Shown here in pieces: positions 15,843-29,690 of a DNA stretch of 64,000 nucleotides. Source of the stretch: Eledone cirrhosa (taxonomy: Eukaryota). The number at the start of each line of letters is the position of its first letter. Position 1 is the first letter of the stretch. Made by a program: the position numbers and the translations under genes. The notes under the pieces were generated by a model. That model was not told the origin of the DNA, searched no databases, and saw nothing but the letters and a program-made list of their open reading frames with translations. The stretch lies in assembly GCA_964016885.1 (NCBI GenBank), contig OZ024750.1:49290001-49354000 (forward strand). Direction: 5' to 3'.

Positions 15843-15896
15843 GAGTAGCTGACAGTCTGTTTCACGCTGATTAGCGTTCATCAGAGACACGTACTC
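15843..15896 (-). ncRNA. Type I hammerhead with bulged helix I (family F); second copy on + strand 16123-16176
   Basis: Minus: GAGTA cgtgt CT-CTGATGA-ACGCT AATC AGCGT-GAA-ACAG A CTGT-C-AG c TACTC; GUC triplet. Confidence 0.85.
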
Positions 15897-16471
15897 ACCT
15901 GCTTTAAAACTGATAACGTATGGCCTTCTAAATGTTTTTTTTAAATTAAACATACGGTATATTGCCAAATATTCTGTACATACATTCATTTATACATCAC
16001 TATTTCAGACCACCAATCCTAATACCTTTTGCTGGAGCGGCTATCAATCTGTATAATCAGTTCCTGATAATTACTGGAATTCTATAAGAATCCAGCCTCT
16101 ATAATGTTCGCCGAAAGCAGGGGAGTACGTGACTCTGATGAACGGAAACCAGTGTGAAACAGACTGTCAGCTGCTCTCCCTTTTTTCGCCGAAAGGAAGT
16201 AAGTGACAAATTCACTACTTTTAGAATGATAGCGTATGGTCTTCAAAATGTTATTTTAATTAAACATACGGTATATTGCCAAATATACTATACATACAAT
16301 CCATCTGGATTGCCTCGGGAACATAACGTTATTATGTAAGAAGCTACCTGATGAGATCACGGTACTGGACATGTGGAATCGCGTGGCCACTGACGTCATT
16401 GAAATATGTATCACATCCTTATAAATAAACGACTTTAACATCCGAAACTACTTCTCATTTCCTAATTCTCG

Positions 16472-16565
<94 letters not shown>

Positions 16566-18023
16566 AAATTATTTTTGAAAAGCATTTGAAATGCGCAACC
16601 GATAAAAAACTTAAAACTAACACTGAATACTAACCATTACTTATTACTATTTTATACTTTTTCCTAATTAAACTATTTTTCACTGGAAACAATCTGTCAG
16701 CATTTTCTTTTCCCTTTTACTAATATATATACATATATATGTGTGTGGGTGTATGTATGTGTGTGTGTGTGTGTGCGTGCGTGTGTGTATGTGTGTGAGT
16801 ATGTGTGTGTGTGTGTGCGTCTGTGTGGGTATGTCTGTGTTTTATTCATATTCACGTTCATTCATATATAAAACACACATACATACATCCATAAGGACAC
16901 ATGTGTATGATTTTTTCTTATATGTTTGTGTGTTTCTAGTAAAATACCTTTGTACAGAGAATTGATACAGGCGTATTCGTATTCCATTTGCAGTGAACTG
17001 AAGTAAGGAGAATCCACTACTCGTAGCAATTATGTTGCATTGAGAAAGCATCATCTCAAGGGGAACGAAATTCAAATCATACCACGTTTGGAATCGAAAT
17101 CATCTTTTATTATGTATAAGGCTCAACTACAAATGGATCTGATTTGATTAATAATTTATTGAGTATTCTAGAATCTTGTGAATCCTCTGTAGACACAGGT
17201 ATTAAATTGGAGATAGCAATGGAACGAATAATAAAATGAATAGAGCGCTCTGTTAAATTTTGGATTTATGAATGAGTTACAAAAAGCAAAAAAGTACGTA
17301 CTGGACACTCTTTAATGGTGTGACATGTATAAAATCTTGTACAGTAATTGCAATAAGCTACACATGAATGCAACGTTAACACATGATATATTTTAAAAGC
17401 GGTAGATAGCTATATGTATTCATCTACAGGAATCTATATTCGTCTAAGAAAGTTTTTATATTAAACTTTCTACAGAACGATGTTGGAGATAATAAAGCAG
17501 AAATATTTAAAGCATGGTAACTAATATGAGATGTCACGGTTGATAGTAATGTTAATAACATTATATATTTGATATATGATAGCACTTCTGTTATAGATCG
17601 TTACTATTAAAAGTATTATTAAAAGCAAACGGAAAACCTGACAATTAAAATGCTATGACTACTAGTATATGCCACAGTTTATAAAACAATTACTATTCTC
17701 AATATTTTCTCGTATGATGAATCCTCAGTCGGTTTTGACGATGAGCAATTCACTAGCGTCGTGTACTCCCGTTGACTTCTTGCGTCAGACAACCAGGTTA
17801 AGCTACGTTCGAATGAGATTCTTGACTTGAGACTGACTTTTAAAATACTTCTTCACATTATGAGTTTGTGTAACTGGACCTTCTTTTTAATATGTCAGCG
17901 ACGGGAATTTCTATAAAACATGGTTTTAATTTCATGCGTAGAAATACAATTAAAGCGGTAGAAGTTAAAGTAAGCTTACCTCTAGAAATTTACTATACAA
18001 CTCCCACTGTTACATACAGCATC

Positions 18024-18231
18024 ATCTTCTTCTTCTTCTTCTTCTTCTTCGTCTTCTTCTTCTTCGTCTTCTTCTTCTTCTTCTTCTTCTTCTTCTTCTT
18101 CTTCTTCTTCTTCTTCTTCTTCTTCTTCTTCTTCTTCTTTTTCTTCTTCTTCTTCTTCTTCTTCTTCTTCTTCTTTTTCTTCTTCTTCTTCTTTTTCTTC
18201 TTCTTCTTCTTCTTCTTCTTCTTCTTCTTCT
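18024..18231. repeat. (TTC)n microsatellite
   Basis: ~200 bp of near-perfect TTC repeats; source of the poly-F and poly-R ORFs. Confidence 0.95.
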
Positions 18232-19134
18232 CGGTGGGTGGGTGGGTGTTAGTAGTAGTATCTCCATGCGTGGCCAGCTGAGATCATAGATGTTATCCAG
18301 CCCTCATGTTCGAGGTCTACCTCTGGGTCAGTGCCGGTTATTTTTGCTCGCAAAATATGTCCAGCTATTCTTTCCCCTTAACATTCTAAATATATGCCCA
18401 TATTATTGAATCTCTAATCTCTCAATTTGCGCTTATATTCACAATGTATATCATTTATTGTTTTTTGACATTAAAAAAAAATTCAAAGAATGATTCCAAT
18501 CGCATTATTTTAAAAGTATGTCTACATTAGGAGTTTGGCGACAGGTCATCCCTAACTGAGCTCAATTGTGATTAAATCCCGGACGTCCTGTATTAGCAAT
18601 GGGACCTCATCTGTTCACAAAACTATAGTTTGGAAGGTGAGTTACCACAATCCCTCAACATTTCATAAAAAGAACTGTGACTAGTATTTCTAGCAACATC
18701 TGCAATCCCTCATTGAGTCCTTCATAGATCCATTGCTGAGATATATTTATTTTAACCAGATCCAATTTTAATTAAAATAAATGCAATATTATATACGTAC
18801 ATTGATTTTAATTTACCCCATGTAATTATGCTTTATGTTGTTGTTTTTCTTCCTATAGAATAGTTTCATGGATACTTTCACGAACTCATACTTCTCTTTT
18901 AGTTATTTATATATGAGCAAATTTGAAAGATTGTAATTCTATCGTTTGAAAGAATTTCCCCTTTGCTTTCTTATTTACGTTCTTCATAATTAATCAGACG
19001 GCATTTATATATTTTTTATTTGTAAATTTTATTGGGAGTCTCATTTCTATTTAGAAAGTGGTTTAGTATAGTCAGCAATTACACTGATATAATACGCTGT
19101 AGACCTGATGTTCAATAAGGAGATAATATAAGGA

Positions 19135-19322
19135 GATAATTGTTTCTACGTTTGGCACAAGGCCAGCAATTACCCAGTGCATTAGTGGTATTTTATTTTA
19201 TCGACCCCGTAAAGATGAAAGACAAAGTTGATCTCGAGGGGATTTGAACTCAGGCAGTAAAGGGACGTAACTATGCTAGAAAGCATGGTGTCCAACCCAC
19301 TACCGATACTGCCACTTTCCCC
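19135..19322 (-). mobile_element. tRNA-derived SINE with Meta-like central domain (copies at ~14634-14730 -, 35385-35460 +, 53605-53730 -, 54060-54243 +, 54350-54425 -, 56140-56310 -, 57125-57180 -, 58997-59190 +)
   Basis: Consensus gagttcaaatcccgccgagg..aactttgcctttcatcct..ggggtcgataaaataaagtaccag...ggccttgtgccaaaagtagaaacaattat. Confidence 0.75.
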
Positions 19323-20344
19323 ATATAAGGACATAATGGTAGTTACATTTAAGTGTTATAATTTCAAATATGAAAGTGAATCCAAGGCCTAAAAAGGCCT
19401 TTAAAATGGGGTGTTTGAGCTAATGTAGAGCACAAAAAGTTAAATTTTCTTTTAGCCCATTGCACTTCAAAATATATAAGTAACGCATGTCTAAAGTTGG
19501 AAAGAAATCGGTCGGGTACTTCTCGAGTTTTAGGGATTTACACAGAGACAGACATACATACTCTGTTTTATATATATAGAGATAACATAAACATATAATT
19601 CACTTTTACGTAAATCTAGAATATATTATATAAATATAGCTCTGATTGGGACTTGCGCGCATGAATATATATTCCCTATTATTGTTTGGATAATATGTTT
19701 CCATATTTTTATTATTTTCCATCTTTTCAGTTTCTCTCTTGAATATTCCATTGTGTTACTGAATGCTATTTTAGAGATATTTAAAATTCTATAAGTGATA
19801 TTCCCTGGACTGTTGTTATTTTCTATACCGCTCTCACTTATCTGCGATATAAGACTGTTTATTTGTTATATATACACTTTATTCAACTTTATTTAATGTT
19901 GTGTAATGCGGTTCATATATATTTTTATAGGATATTGTTTCTCTTAAAGTAATATAAACTATGATATAATTTACACGGTTATAAATTAATAGTTCATAAT
20001 TTTAAACTTAGTTATACTAATTCAAACACAAACAGATTTACACACATAAGTGAGTGAGCATGTGTGTATAAAAGTACATATGTCTACGTCAGGTTTAAAT
20101 ATTTTATAAATTTGCGCCAATGAAGAGAGAGCCGGTTTCTAACATAGTCTCTTTCATTTAAACATGTATTAGATAAATACCTATGTATGTCTATGTGTGT
20201 TACACGTATGTGTATGTATATAGTTATGGATATTATTATATGCGTGGATTTGCATGTTTTGAGATACATGTGTACACGTGTATAGATTTCTATGTCCACA
20301 TATGTCTATATGTGGCTACTACATATATAATGTCTGTAGTGTAA

Positions 20345-20382
<38 letters not shown>

Positions 20383-20422
20383 GTAATGAAGGAGTAACCA
20401 GTCGTCCTTCTTATCTTTTAAC

Positions 20423-20484
<62 letters not shown>

Positions 20485-21717
20485 CATACGTATATGTATG
20501 AGTGTATGTAAGCATATAGTGTATGTATATGTTTTTTTAATGAATATACTTCTTTTAATCTCTGTGATGTGTTTGGGCCTATGTGAGTGAGATAGTTTGA
20601 TAGATAGAATAAGAGAAATAGTTAGATAGATTGATATGTATGCAGGTAGTTTCTATTTAAACTGGTTGCAATTAAAATGTAGTATATGAAATATTAATAT
20701 AGCTTTTATGAAACATTGTATAGTGTTTGTGCAGTGAGAATCAATATTTCCTTAATAAGGTCACACATAGTTTGTTAACTGAATTTCATGGAAGTAACTC
20801 TAAAGTGGATAATAATTCATAGTTGTTTTGGTGGGGACAGGGACATGGCCTATTAATTCTGGTCCTGTGTGTATAGTGTATAGTGTATATTTATTTTCTC
20901 CTCGAATGGACTGCAGAATAACCACTATAATAACGTATAAAGAAATCCTAAAATAAAAAAAAAGAAAAGAAATGTTGATATTCAGAGACTTAAACTACGT
21001 CGGGGAAATATTCGGGAGAACATTATTGATTAAATTCTTATAGGTTGGAAATTTTATGAATGTAGCAAAGTATTTCATTATGTTGGTTGGCTGCAAGGAT
21101 AAATCAAGTTAATATTGAAATTAAAAATACCATCTAAATGAATGAAAAGGATTCTGGTTATTTTCTATATTTATATGTAGCCCTCCAGAAGAAGACATCA
21201 TGTAGGTTTCCCAGATATTGTCAAACTGTGTATCGTATTTACTTAATGAGAGACTATTTTAGTTGGATATATTTTAGTTCGATGTGATGCTGGTTTTTGC
21301 TTCATATGTATCCGTCTTGCAAACGTTGAATTAAAGAATAGAATTTTGTCGTCTTGGTTTTGATGCCAATAAATTGACAAAATAGTGACGATGTTGAAAA
21401 TGAATCCTATTTTATTGACATTGGTCATTGAACATACGATATTATTTTTTGAAGTTAGAAAATAGTTGCAATCATTTAAGCACTAACATATATGCTTTTG
21501 GCTAAATGGTTACATTATGGTCCTCCTTCTTCATGCATTTAGCCGAAAAGGCGCACACGTTGCGAAGTGTTATTTGCATATTCAAACATTCTCGAGGTAT
21601 TTTCATTCCAGAAAAAGAAATATATATTTAGATGTATAAATAGAAGCGGATAGAAAGCAATATAAAAAATAAAGAATTAACAATTCGTTGAAGGTTACGT
21701 AAACATATACATATATA

Positions 21718-21767
<50 letters not shown>

Positions 21768-21787
21768 TATATTATATAGATCTAACA

Positions 21788-21818
<31 letters not shown>

Positions 21819-22232
21819 ATATTTATATTATGTTTGAAAAAGCAACGAACTAGAGCTAAGTAAAGAAACGTATGAATAAACAAATAAATAAAGTACACAA
21901 ACTCGCATATAAGGCATGCGGATACCAGGCACACAGCACACACCATTCAAAATCAAGATGGTATAGGACAAAACCGGAGAGAGTCATAACTTACATATTA
22001 GTCTCCGAGGAGGTCACATTATTAGTAATGAAAGAGTTTTCGAAATAAATAAACAGTCATCCCATGCTCTTATTAGAAGAACCAACCCACCGGAAATGTG
22101 TAATTATTTCAAGTGAATACGAACAGATGCATGCGTGTTTGATTCAAAGCATGGCCGTCATGAAGTATTAAAAGATATGATCCAACAGACGTTTTCAGAT
22201 ATGAAATCTTGCAAAATAACTACAAAAAGGAA

Positions 22233-22329
<97 letters not shown>

Positions 22330-22671
22330 TATAATTATATATATATATATATATATACACCTCAACTAAAGTGAATTACTTTTCAACTTAACATCATATG
22401 AACAAAACAATTTGATTGGTTAGTTCTTCAACTACCTCCAAATAAGGACAAGATACTAACATACTACTAATTTTGAATAACATTATTATTGCTTTTGAAA
22501 ACAGCTGGTGATATGCATGTAAGTAAATATTCTCTTTATCTGATATTTTGTAACTAACCTTACATAGATCAATAACGAAGTATAGCTACAATGTATTATC
22601 TTCATCTAGAAAAGATCGTAAAGCAGTGAAGTATATCTCTATTGATTTGATTTTTTATTTCATTGTTTTAA

Positions 22672-22738
<67 letters not shown>

Positions 22739-22740
<2 letters not shown>

Positions 22741-22801
22741 TGCATCTAATCTGTTGTAACATTAACTTTGTTGAATAATCCACAAACCGTATAACTCATT
22801 G

Positions 22802-22848
<47 letters not shown>

Positions 22849-22913
22849 CAATGAGTTATACGCTTTGTTGATTATTTAACAAAGTTAATGTTACAACAGA
22901 TTAAATGCACACT
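22739..22913. repeat. Inverted ~65-bp arms around a (TA)n tract
   Basis: aatctgttgtaacattaactttgtt...tataactcattgttata (TA)n tataacaatgagttata...aacaaagttaatgttacaacagatt. Confidence 0.85.
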
Positions 22914-22986
22914 ACAAATATTTTATCTGTAATATCATTAATATTAAGAATATTAATAAATGGAAAATACTTTATAAAACCATATT

Positions 22987-23047
22987 TATTTCATTATACG
23001 TATTTCAAGGGTCCTAATATTTAAGTACGCTTTCGTCAAATAAAATA
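22987..23047 (-). ncRNA. Type I hammerhead family I (core TTGACGA)
   Basis: Minus: TATTTTAT-TTGACGA-AAG...CTT-GAA-ATACGTAT-A-ATGAAATA; homologs at 40788-40853 (-) and 58393-58458 (+). Confidence 0.65.
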
Positions 23048-23491
23048 TAATATTTAGTGTTAAGTGACATATCTTCATGTGAACTTAATTGTATAATCAC
23101 AAAGAAGATAGTGATTGAAACATTCAAATCTCAAGGGATATATGTTAATGAGGATACGTTAAATCTGAAATAAACCCTTAAATTTAGAGGCTTGATAAAT
23201 TTTAAAACATTCTTATTTTATATTTTTATGGGTTTGTTATTATAGGGTGAAAAATTATTGTAGACATATTTTAGAGATTGTTATAGATATATAGAGGCAA
23301 AGACATATTTACACCTATATATACGGGTATATTTATTTTTAAACATACATCTAAGATGGATGAGCACCATAACATCGAGTGATTTTCCTAATATTGCATC
23401 ATCGTTGACCAATTCTATCTAGTGGTAAACCACCAAACTTGTAAACACACACACACGCACACACACACACATACACAGACACATATAAGTA

Positions 23492-23529
<38 letters not shown>

Positions 23530-23531
<2 letters not shown>

Positions 23532-24025
23532 AACTTGCTGCGCATATATTGCGTGATGATGTCCCTCACGCCGGACTTCTCTATCATGACTTCGCTCCTG
23601 ATGTGCTCTCTCAACAAGATTCCTAGCATTGATCACTCGATGGCTCTTTGAGCCTTTACCAGCCTATGTTCTTCTCTCTTCTTTGTAGCCCAAGTTTCAC
23701 TGACATATAACATTGCCGGTAAAACTGTGCTATTGAAAAGATTGGCGCGGGTGGTCTTGTCCAACCTCCCCTTGAGCACATTCCTTATGCCGTTGAACGC
23801 CTTCCATCCAGCACTTACTCTCCGCGAGATCTCCCTCTCAATATGGTACCCGCGCGATCGGAAACTACCACACGGAAGGCCTCCACAAGGTATGAGTTAC
23901 GATTTTAGGAAATTGGGACTACGTGGATGAGGAAAGCACTATCCAGAGAGGAATGGACGGCATGCTGTGACCAGCTGCGCCAAATCGAGGCGCGACAGAT
24001 TGGTCGGTCAACGTAATCAAGATGA
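23530..24025. mobile_element. 3' fragment of an RTE-clade LINE with internal inversion
   Basis: Minus 23530-23840 reads ETWATKKREEHRLVKAQRAIE*SMLGILLREHIRSEV..SGVRDII; plus from ~23843 reads WYPRDRKLPHGRPP; both resemble RTE ORF C-terminal motifs. Confidence 0.7.
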
Positions 24026-24324
24026 TGTTCATATTAATTGTTTCTACTTTTGGCACAAGGCCAGCAATTACCCAGTACATTATATTCAGTCATGACAGTC
24101 ATGTTTGAAAATTGCAAACATTACTGTCACCACTGAATTTGAACCTGAAGATTGCGAAAGCATGAAAGTACTTGTTCAATTAACATTTAATATTCTACCA
24201 TACTATTTCATTATAATATCATTAGAATTTTAAAGGATTGTAAATAAAACGAATTAATCAAACAACGTTGGAATTCCTTTTTATTAATATATATATGTAT
24301 GTATATATATATGTCTATATGTAT

Positions 24325-24925
24325 GTCAGGTCACCAGTTGGTGCTACTGGTAAAATGCATCCCGGTACAACCTGTCTCATGGTCGGATCGTTGGCGACTA
24401 AACTGGCAACCCCAGCAAGGTTTCTTGGTGAGGAGGGTGTCTTTGGACATCCTGCAGGACTAAAAATAAAACCTGTCAAAGGGCAAAGTAGCTCTTAAGA
24501 GTCAATGGACATCCAAAATCACCAGGAGAGATGGCCCCTTAGCCTTTGTCAAGGCAGAATTCTAGGAGAAGGAAAACTCTGATATAACACCTGCAACTCT
24601 GATGGTATCCAATGATCTTGACATGTTCTTCTTTTTGGTAAATATCATCTTGGTTAAGAGAGTGGGACTGGCTTTGTGCAGTGCGTTTGCTCACTATAAA
24701 AGCTTCACAGCACAGGCATTGCTTTTATCTGGAGATCTCTCTGCACTTGTCGTCACATGGTACCATGGCCCAGCACAATGTGTCAATAATTGTCACAAGT
24801 GTAGTACCAGAGTTTTCAAGTCGCTGGCTGGACAAAAATGTCGCACTCGTTCAGCGCATCGGTAGGAGTTCTCCTACATGGATATAAAGTAGTGGCCGTA
24901 CTCGGAAACGAGTTGGCAGCCACCA
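24325..24925 (+). repeat. ~600-bp GC-richer dispersed repeat (second copy 48642-49246), possibly a LINE 5' UTR or derived non-autonomous element
   Basis: Both copies run from gtcaggtcaccagttggtgctactggtaa to gagttggcagccacc and are flanked by TA-rich sequence; the second abuts an RTE C-terminus. Confidence 0.75.
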
Positions 24926-24953
24926 TATATGTATGTATATATATATATGTATG

Positions 24954-25080
<127 letters not shown>

Positions 25081-25097
25081 ATATATATATATGTATG

Positions 25098-25134
<37 letters not shown>

Positions 25135-25135
25135 G

Positions 25136-25223
<88 letters not shown>

Positions 25224-26139
25224 TAACAGATTAAAGTTTAAGCAAAGAATCGCTGCTTTCGCCCTTAACGGGATCTTCTGAAACTAACAAAGTCAATCTG
25301 TAAACGCAGAACTGGATATTTCAAAAAGCGTTGCAACCGGAGGAAGACAGGAAGACGATACTTTGGTTCGTGGAAACGTTCGCTGGCAAAGAACGGGAAA
25401 AAACGTCATTAATAGGAGCGGTAAAAAACAATTACGCGCAAAGACAGAACCACGTTTATGGTATAAAAGAGGTCGTAGACTAATGTTCTCTTAGGTGGTG
25501 CATAGAGATGTTCTCTGGCAATGAACGAAAAAACGAAGATAATAAGTCATAGGTGGAGCGTGGAGAACAAAGCACGCAAAGACTAAACCACGTAAATCGT
25601 ATAGCAGAAGTTGTAGACTAAAATTCTAACTAGGAGACCAAATGAATCTCCGCTACAGAGTTAAGAACAAAGTAAATAAATACAATACAGAAGTAATAGA
25701 AACAAATAAATGCATACACGCAAACAGATACGTACATACACAAGCATACGCAAAACCTTACCATAGGTATACAAAACCACGCACATATAAATATGTGTGT
25801 GTGTGTATGCTTGTGTACAAATAAATAAATAATTATATAAACGTATATAAGTAAATAAATACGTATATAACAAGCGCACACACATACCTACAAATAAATA
25901 CACGAATGTTCGGAGACGTAAGTCAACTAAAACAAGAAGTACACATATACACACACCCACCATACGTACGAACCTGCATACTCACGCAGACGCAAAACTC
26001 CCGTATATACATAGCCACACCCTAAATACCAGAATATGTAAAAAATTATACGCCAAAATAGTCAAACATACGTACGAGAAGGTATACATACCTTCACAAA
26101 ACATACGTGTAATATATACTTACCTATGCAAATGATGTC

Positions 26140-28038
26140 TTGGAACTCATTCGGAATATCAAACTTCGGAATAGGAGCAATTCCTTCCAGCATGACCTGA
26201 AGAATAGAATTCGTTCTATTAAGGATTCTAACGCCGTGCACGTCCATTCCGACAAAACTTGCAACCTATATCAAGTGGAGCGCAGTACTTACCATCAACT
26301 TCTACACAATGCTGTAACTAAGGATTACCGTAAAACTAATCGGTGTGTCATCAATGAAATCAACGATGGTGGGTTTAAAATCACATCTGATCTCAACATC
26401 CTGGACCGGACCGAACCTCTGGACCCTATCTCTCCCCACTTTACCCTGAAGTATCACAAATCCAATTTTCCGAACAACCCCTCTATTTCTCTTATTAACC
26501 CTACGAAGTCCGATTTAGGTAGACTTAGTAAAACGATTCTTGATAGAATTATACCTGAAATTAGAAGTTTGGCCCCTCTCGCACTGTGGAACAATTCTTT
26601 CGCGGTGATTGATTGGTTCAACGGCATATGTAACAAGGAACATTGCCGTTTTATCCAATTCGACATCAACAATTACTACTCCTCCATCACTTTACCACTT
26701 CTCCTTAGAGCTATCAATTTCGCTAAAACACTCACAGTGGTTAAGGATTTCGAAGTTGATGTCATCCTTTATGCCCGAAAGTCGGTGATTAATTTCGACG
26801 ACTCTATTTGGATTAAACAATCCAATAGTACCCCATTTGACGTGCGTCTGGGCGCCAGTGACTCTGCGGAGGTTACTGATCTTATTGGCCTTTTCCTTCT
26901 TTTCTCTATCAAGGACGAATTCCTCAACTCGGGCGGTGGTTTGTACCGTGACGATGGTCTTTTGACCATGACTAAGTGCGGACCTCGTGCTCTCGACAGG
27001 TTCAGAAAAGAACTCACAGCCTTCTTTAAAGGCTTCAACCTCTCTATACAGGTTGAGGCCAATCTCTCAGTCGTTAATTACCTCGACGTTACCCTCAATT
27101 TATTGAATGGGTTGTATTACCCGTATAGAAAGCCGAATGATACGCTTAATTACATAAGTAAGCATTCCAACCATCCTGCCAGCATAACCAAGAACCTGGT
27201 AAAAAACGTTTCGTTGAGGCTTTCCCGTCTTTCCACCAACGAGCGCATTTTCAACGACCATTCCACTTATTACAATGAAGCTCTTGCTCGAAGTGGATTT
27301 GTCGATAAGGTAGCATATACAGAGTACGAAAATAGACCTAGAAGAAATAGATCCCGTCGTATTTGTTGGTTTAACCCACCATATAATATGGAGGTGGCCA
27401 CACCATTAGCTAAGATCTTTCTTTCCCTTATTACGAAGCATTTTCCCCCTACACATAAATATAGTAAAAGTTTTAATAGAAATACTATTAACATTTCTTA
27501 CTCTACAACTCCTAACCTTGCACATAACATCACAGCTTCAAATTTAGCTAAACTACCTAGCCGTAGGAACATGTGCAATCCGGTAGTTAGTACTAACTGT
27601 AATTGTAGGAATCGGGCGGATTGCCCCCTATCCGGGAAATGCCTCTCTCGTAACATTCTCTACAATTGTAAGGTTGTAACACCCACGTCCCGTATGGCCT
27701 ACATCGGGTTAACCGCCAATAGTTTCAAGCAGCGTCTTTACATGCATACCCATTCTTTTCGTTACCCTCTAAGAAGGAATATGACGTCACTTTCAGCTTA
27801 TATCTGGAGTCTAAAAGATAACCACACCCAATATAAGTTACACTGGGAGATCCTAGCTAGGGCTAGATCGTATAACGGAAATAAAAGACCATGTGACCTC
27901 TGCGCCGCGGAGGCCCTGGAAATACTCTACGCCACAGACCACATCTTAAACAAAAAATCTGAGGCAATCTCGGTTTGTAAACATAAATTGCACAAAACTT
28001 TCCTGTATTACAGCCCCACGTTATACCCTAACGGATAG
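26140..28038 (+). CDS. PLE reverse transcriptase + C-terminal GIY-YIG endonuclease (632 aa open frame, probably 5'-truncated)
   Basis: SDKT motif; RT motifs FIQFDINNYYSSI, FDVRLGASDSAEV, GLYRDDGL; YLDV; CNC-x5-CPL-x-GKC linker; ILY...YIGLT...R...H, CxxC, LN; starts at TTG directly after the inverted arm. Confidence 0.92.
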   Translation: MELIRNIKLRNRSNSFQHDLKNRIRSIKDSNAVHVHSDKTCNLYQVERSTYHQLLHNAVTKDYRKTNRCVINEINDGGFKITSDLNILDRTEPLDPISPHFTLKYHKSNFPNNPSISLINPTKSDLGRLSKTILDRIIPEIRSLAPLALWNNSFAVIDWFNGICNKEHCRFIQFDINNYYSSITLPLLLRAINFAKTLTVVKDFEVDVILYARKSVINFDDSIWIKQSNSTPFDVRLGASDSAEVTDLIGLFLLFSIKDEFLNSGGGLYRDDGLLTMTKCGPRALDRFRKELTAFFKGFNLSIQVEANLSVVNYLDVTLNLLNGLYYPYRKPNDTLNYISKHSNHPASITKNLVKNVSLRLSRLSTNERIFNDHSTYYNEALARSGFVDKVAYTEYENRPRRNRSRRICWFNPPYNMEVATPLAKIFLSLITKHFPPTHKYSKSFNRNTINISYSTTPNLAHNITASNLAKLPSRRNMCNPVVSTNCNCRNRADCPLSGKCLSRNILYNCKVVTPTSRMAYIGLTANSFKQRLYMHTHSFRYPLRRNMTSLSAYIWSLKDNHTQYKLHWEILARARSYNGNKRPCDLCAAEALEILYATDHILNKKSEAISVCKHKLHKTFLYYSPTLYPNG

Positions 28039-28962
28039 CACGATCTGTACGTGGATATTTTACGTCTTAATGTGGGAGATAAGTATATGTTTTGTTTATT
28101 CCTTCACTTATTTGCATAGGTAAGTATATATTACCCGTATGTTTTGTGAAGGTATGTATACCTTCTCGTACGTATATTTGACTATTTTGGCGTATATTTT
28201 TACATATTCTGGTATTTAGGGTTTGGCTATGTGTATACGGGAGTTTTGCGTCAGCGTGAGTATGTATGTTCGTACGTATGGTGGGGGTGTGTATATGTGT
28301 ACTTCTTGTTTTAGTTGACTTACGTCTCCGAACATTCGTGTATTTATTTGTAGGTATGTGTGTGCGCTTGTTATATACGTATTTATTTACTTATATACGT
28401 TTATATAATTATTTATTTATTTGTACACAAGCATACACACACACACATTTATATGTGCGTGGTTTTGTATACCTATGGTAAGGTTTTGCGTATGCTTGTG
28501 TATGTACGTATCTGTTTGCGTGTATGTATTTATTTGTTTCTATTACTTCTGTATTGTATTTATTTACTTTGTTCTTAACTCTGAAGCGGAGATTCATTTG
28601 GTCTCCTAGTTAGAATTTTAGTCTACAACTTCTGCTATACGATTTACGTGGTTTAGTCTTTGCGTGCTTTGTTCTCCACGCACCACATATGACTTATTAT
28701 CTTCGTTTTTTCGTTCATTGCCAGAGAACGTCTCTATGCACCACCTAAGAGAACATTAGACTACGACCTCTTTTATACCATAAACGTGGTTCTGTCTTTG
28801 CGCGTAATTGTTTTTTACCGCTCCTATTAATGACATATTATTCGTTTTTTCCCGTTCTTTGCCAGCGAACGTTTCCACGAACCAAAGTATCGTCTTCCTG
28901 TCTTCCTCCGGTTGCAACGTTTTTTGAAATATCCAGTTCTGCGTTTACAGATTGACTTTGTT

Positions 28963-29013
28963 AGTTTCAGAAGATCCCGTTAAGGGTGAAAGCAGCGATT
29001 CTTTGCTTAAGCT
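28963..29013 (+). ncRNA. Hammerhead-like motif of PLE family A with non-canonical core CAGAAGA (also 25235-25285 -, 41983-42033 -, 44226-44276 +)
   Basis: AGTTT-CAGAAGA-T CCC GTTAA GGG T-GAA-AGCA GCGATTCTT TGCT-T-AA(A/G)CT; three helices correctly placed. Confidence 0.7.
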
Positions 29014-29119
29014 TTAATCTGTTATTTTAATAAATATTTGCTCTACGGTTATTATATATTTGTTATATATTTTCCTTATCGAGCCCTCTTTGGATTTTAG
29101 TCTTCAATTTTATTATTAC

Positions 29120-29273
<154 letters not shown>

Positions 29274-29287
29274 TATCTATATATATG

Positions 29288-29330
<43 letters not shown>

Positions 29331-29331
29331 G

Positions 29332-29480
<149 letters not shown>

Positions 29481-29542
29481 TATATATATATATACAGCAT
29501 ATATATATATATACGGTATATATATATATATATAGAGAGAGA

Positions 29543-29581
<39 letters not shown>

Positions 29582-29584
29582 CAG

Positions 29585-29616
<32 letters not shown>

Positions 29617-29621
29617 TATAG

Positions 29622-29690
<69 letters not shown>

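Noticed and set aside
17892-18281. Poly-Phe and poly-Arg ORFs
   Set aside because: (TTC)n microsatellite
16970-22000. Host exons in the less repetitive AT-rich stretches (also 55600-60500)
   Set aside because: No ORF with recognisable protein motifs; short exons cannot be excluded without RNA-seq
26140-28200. Selenoprotein-type recoding reported for some PLEs
   Set aside because: No in-frame TGA in the 632-codon ORF (ends TAG) and no SECIS recognisable by eye
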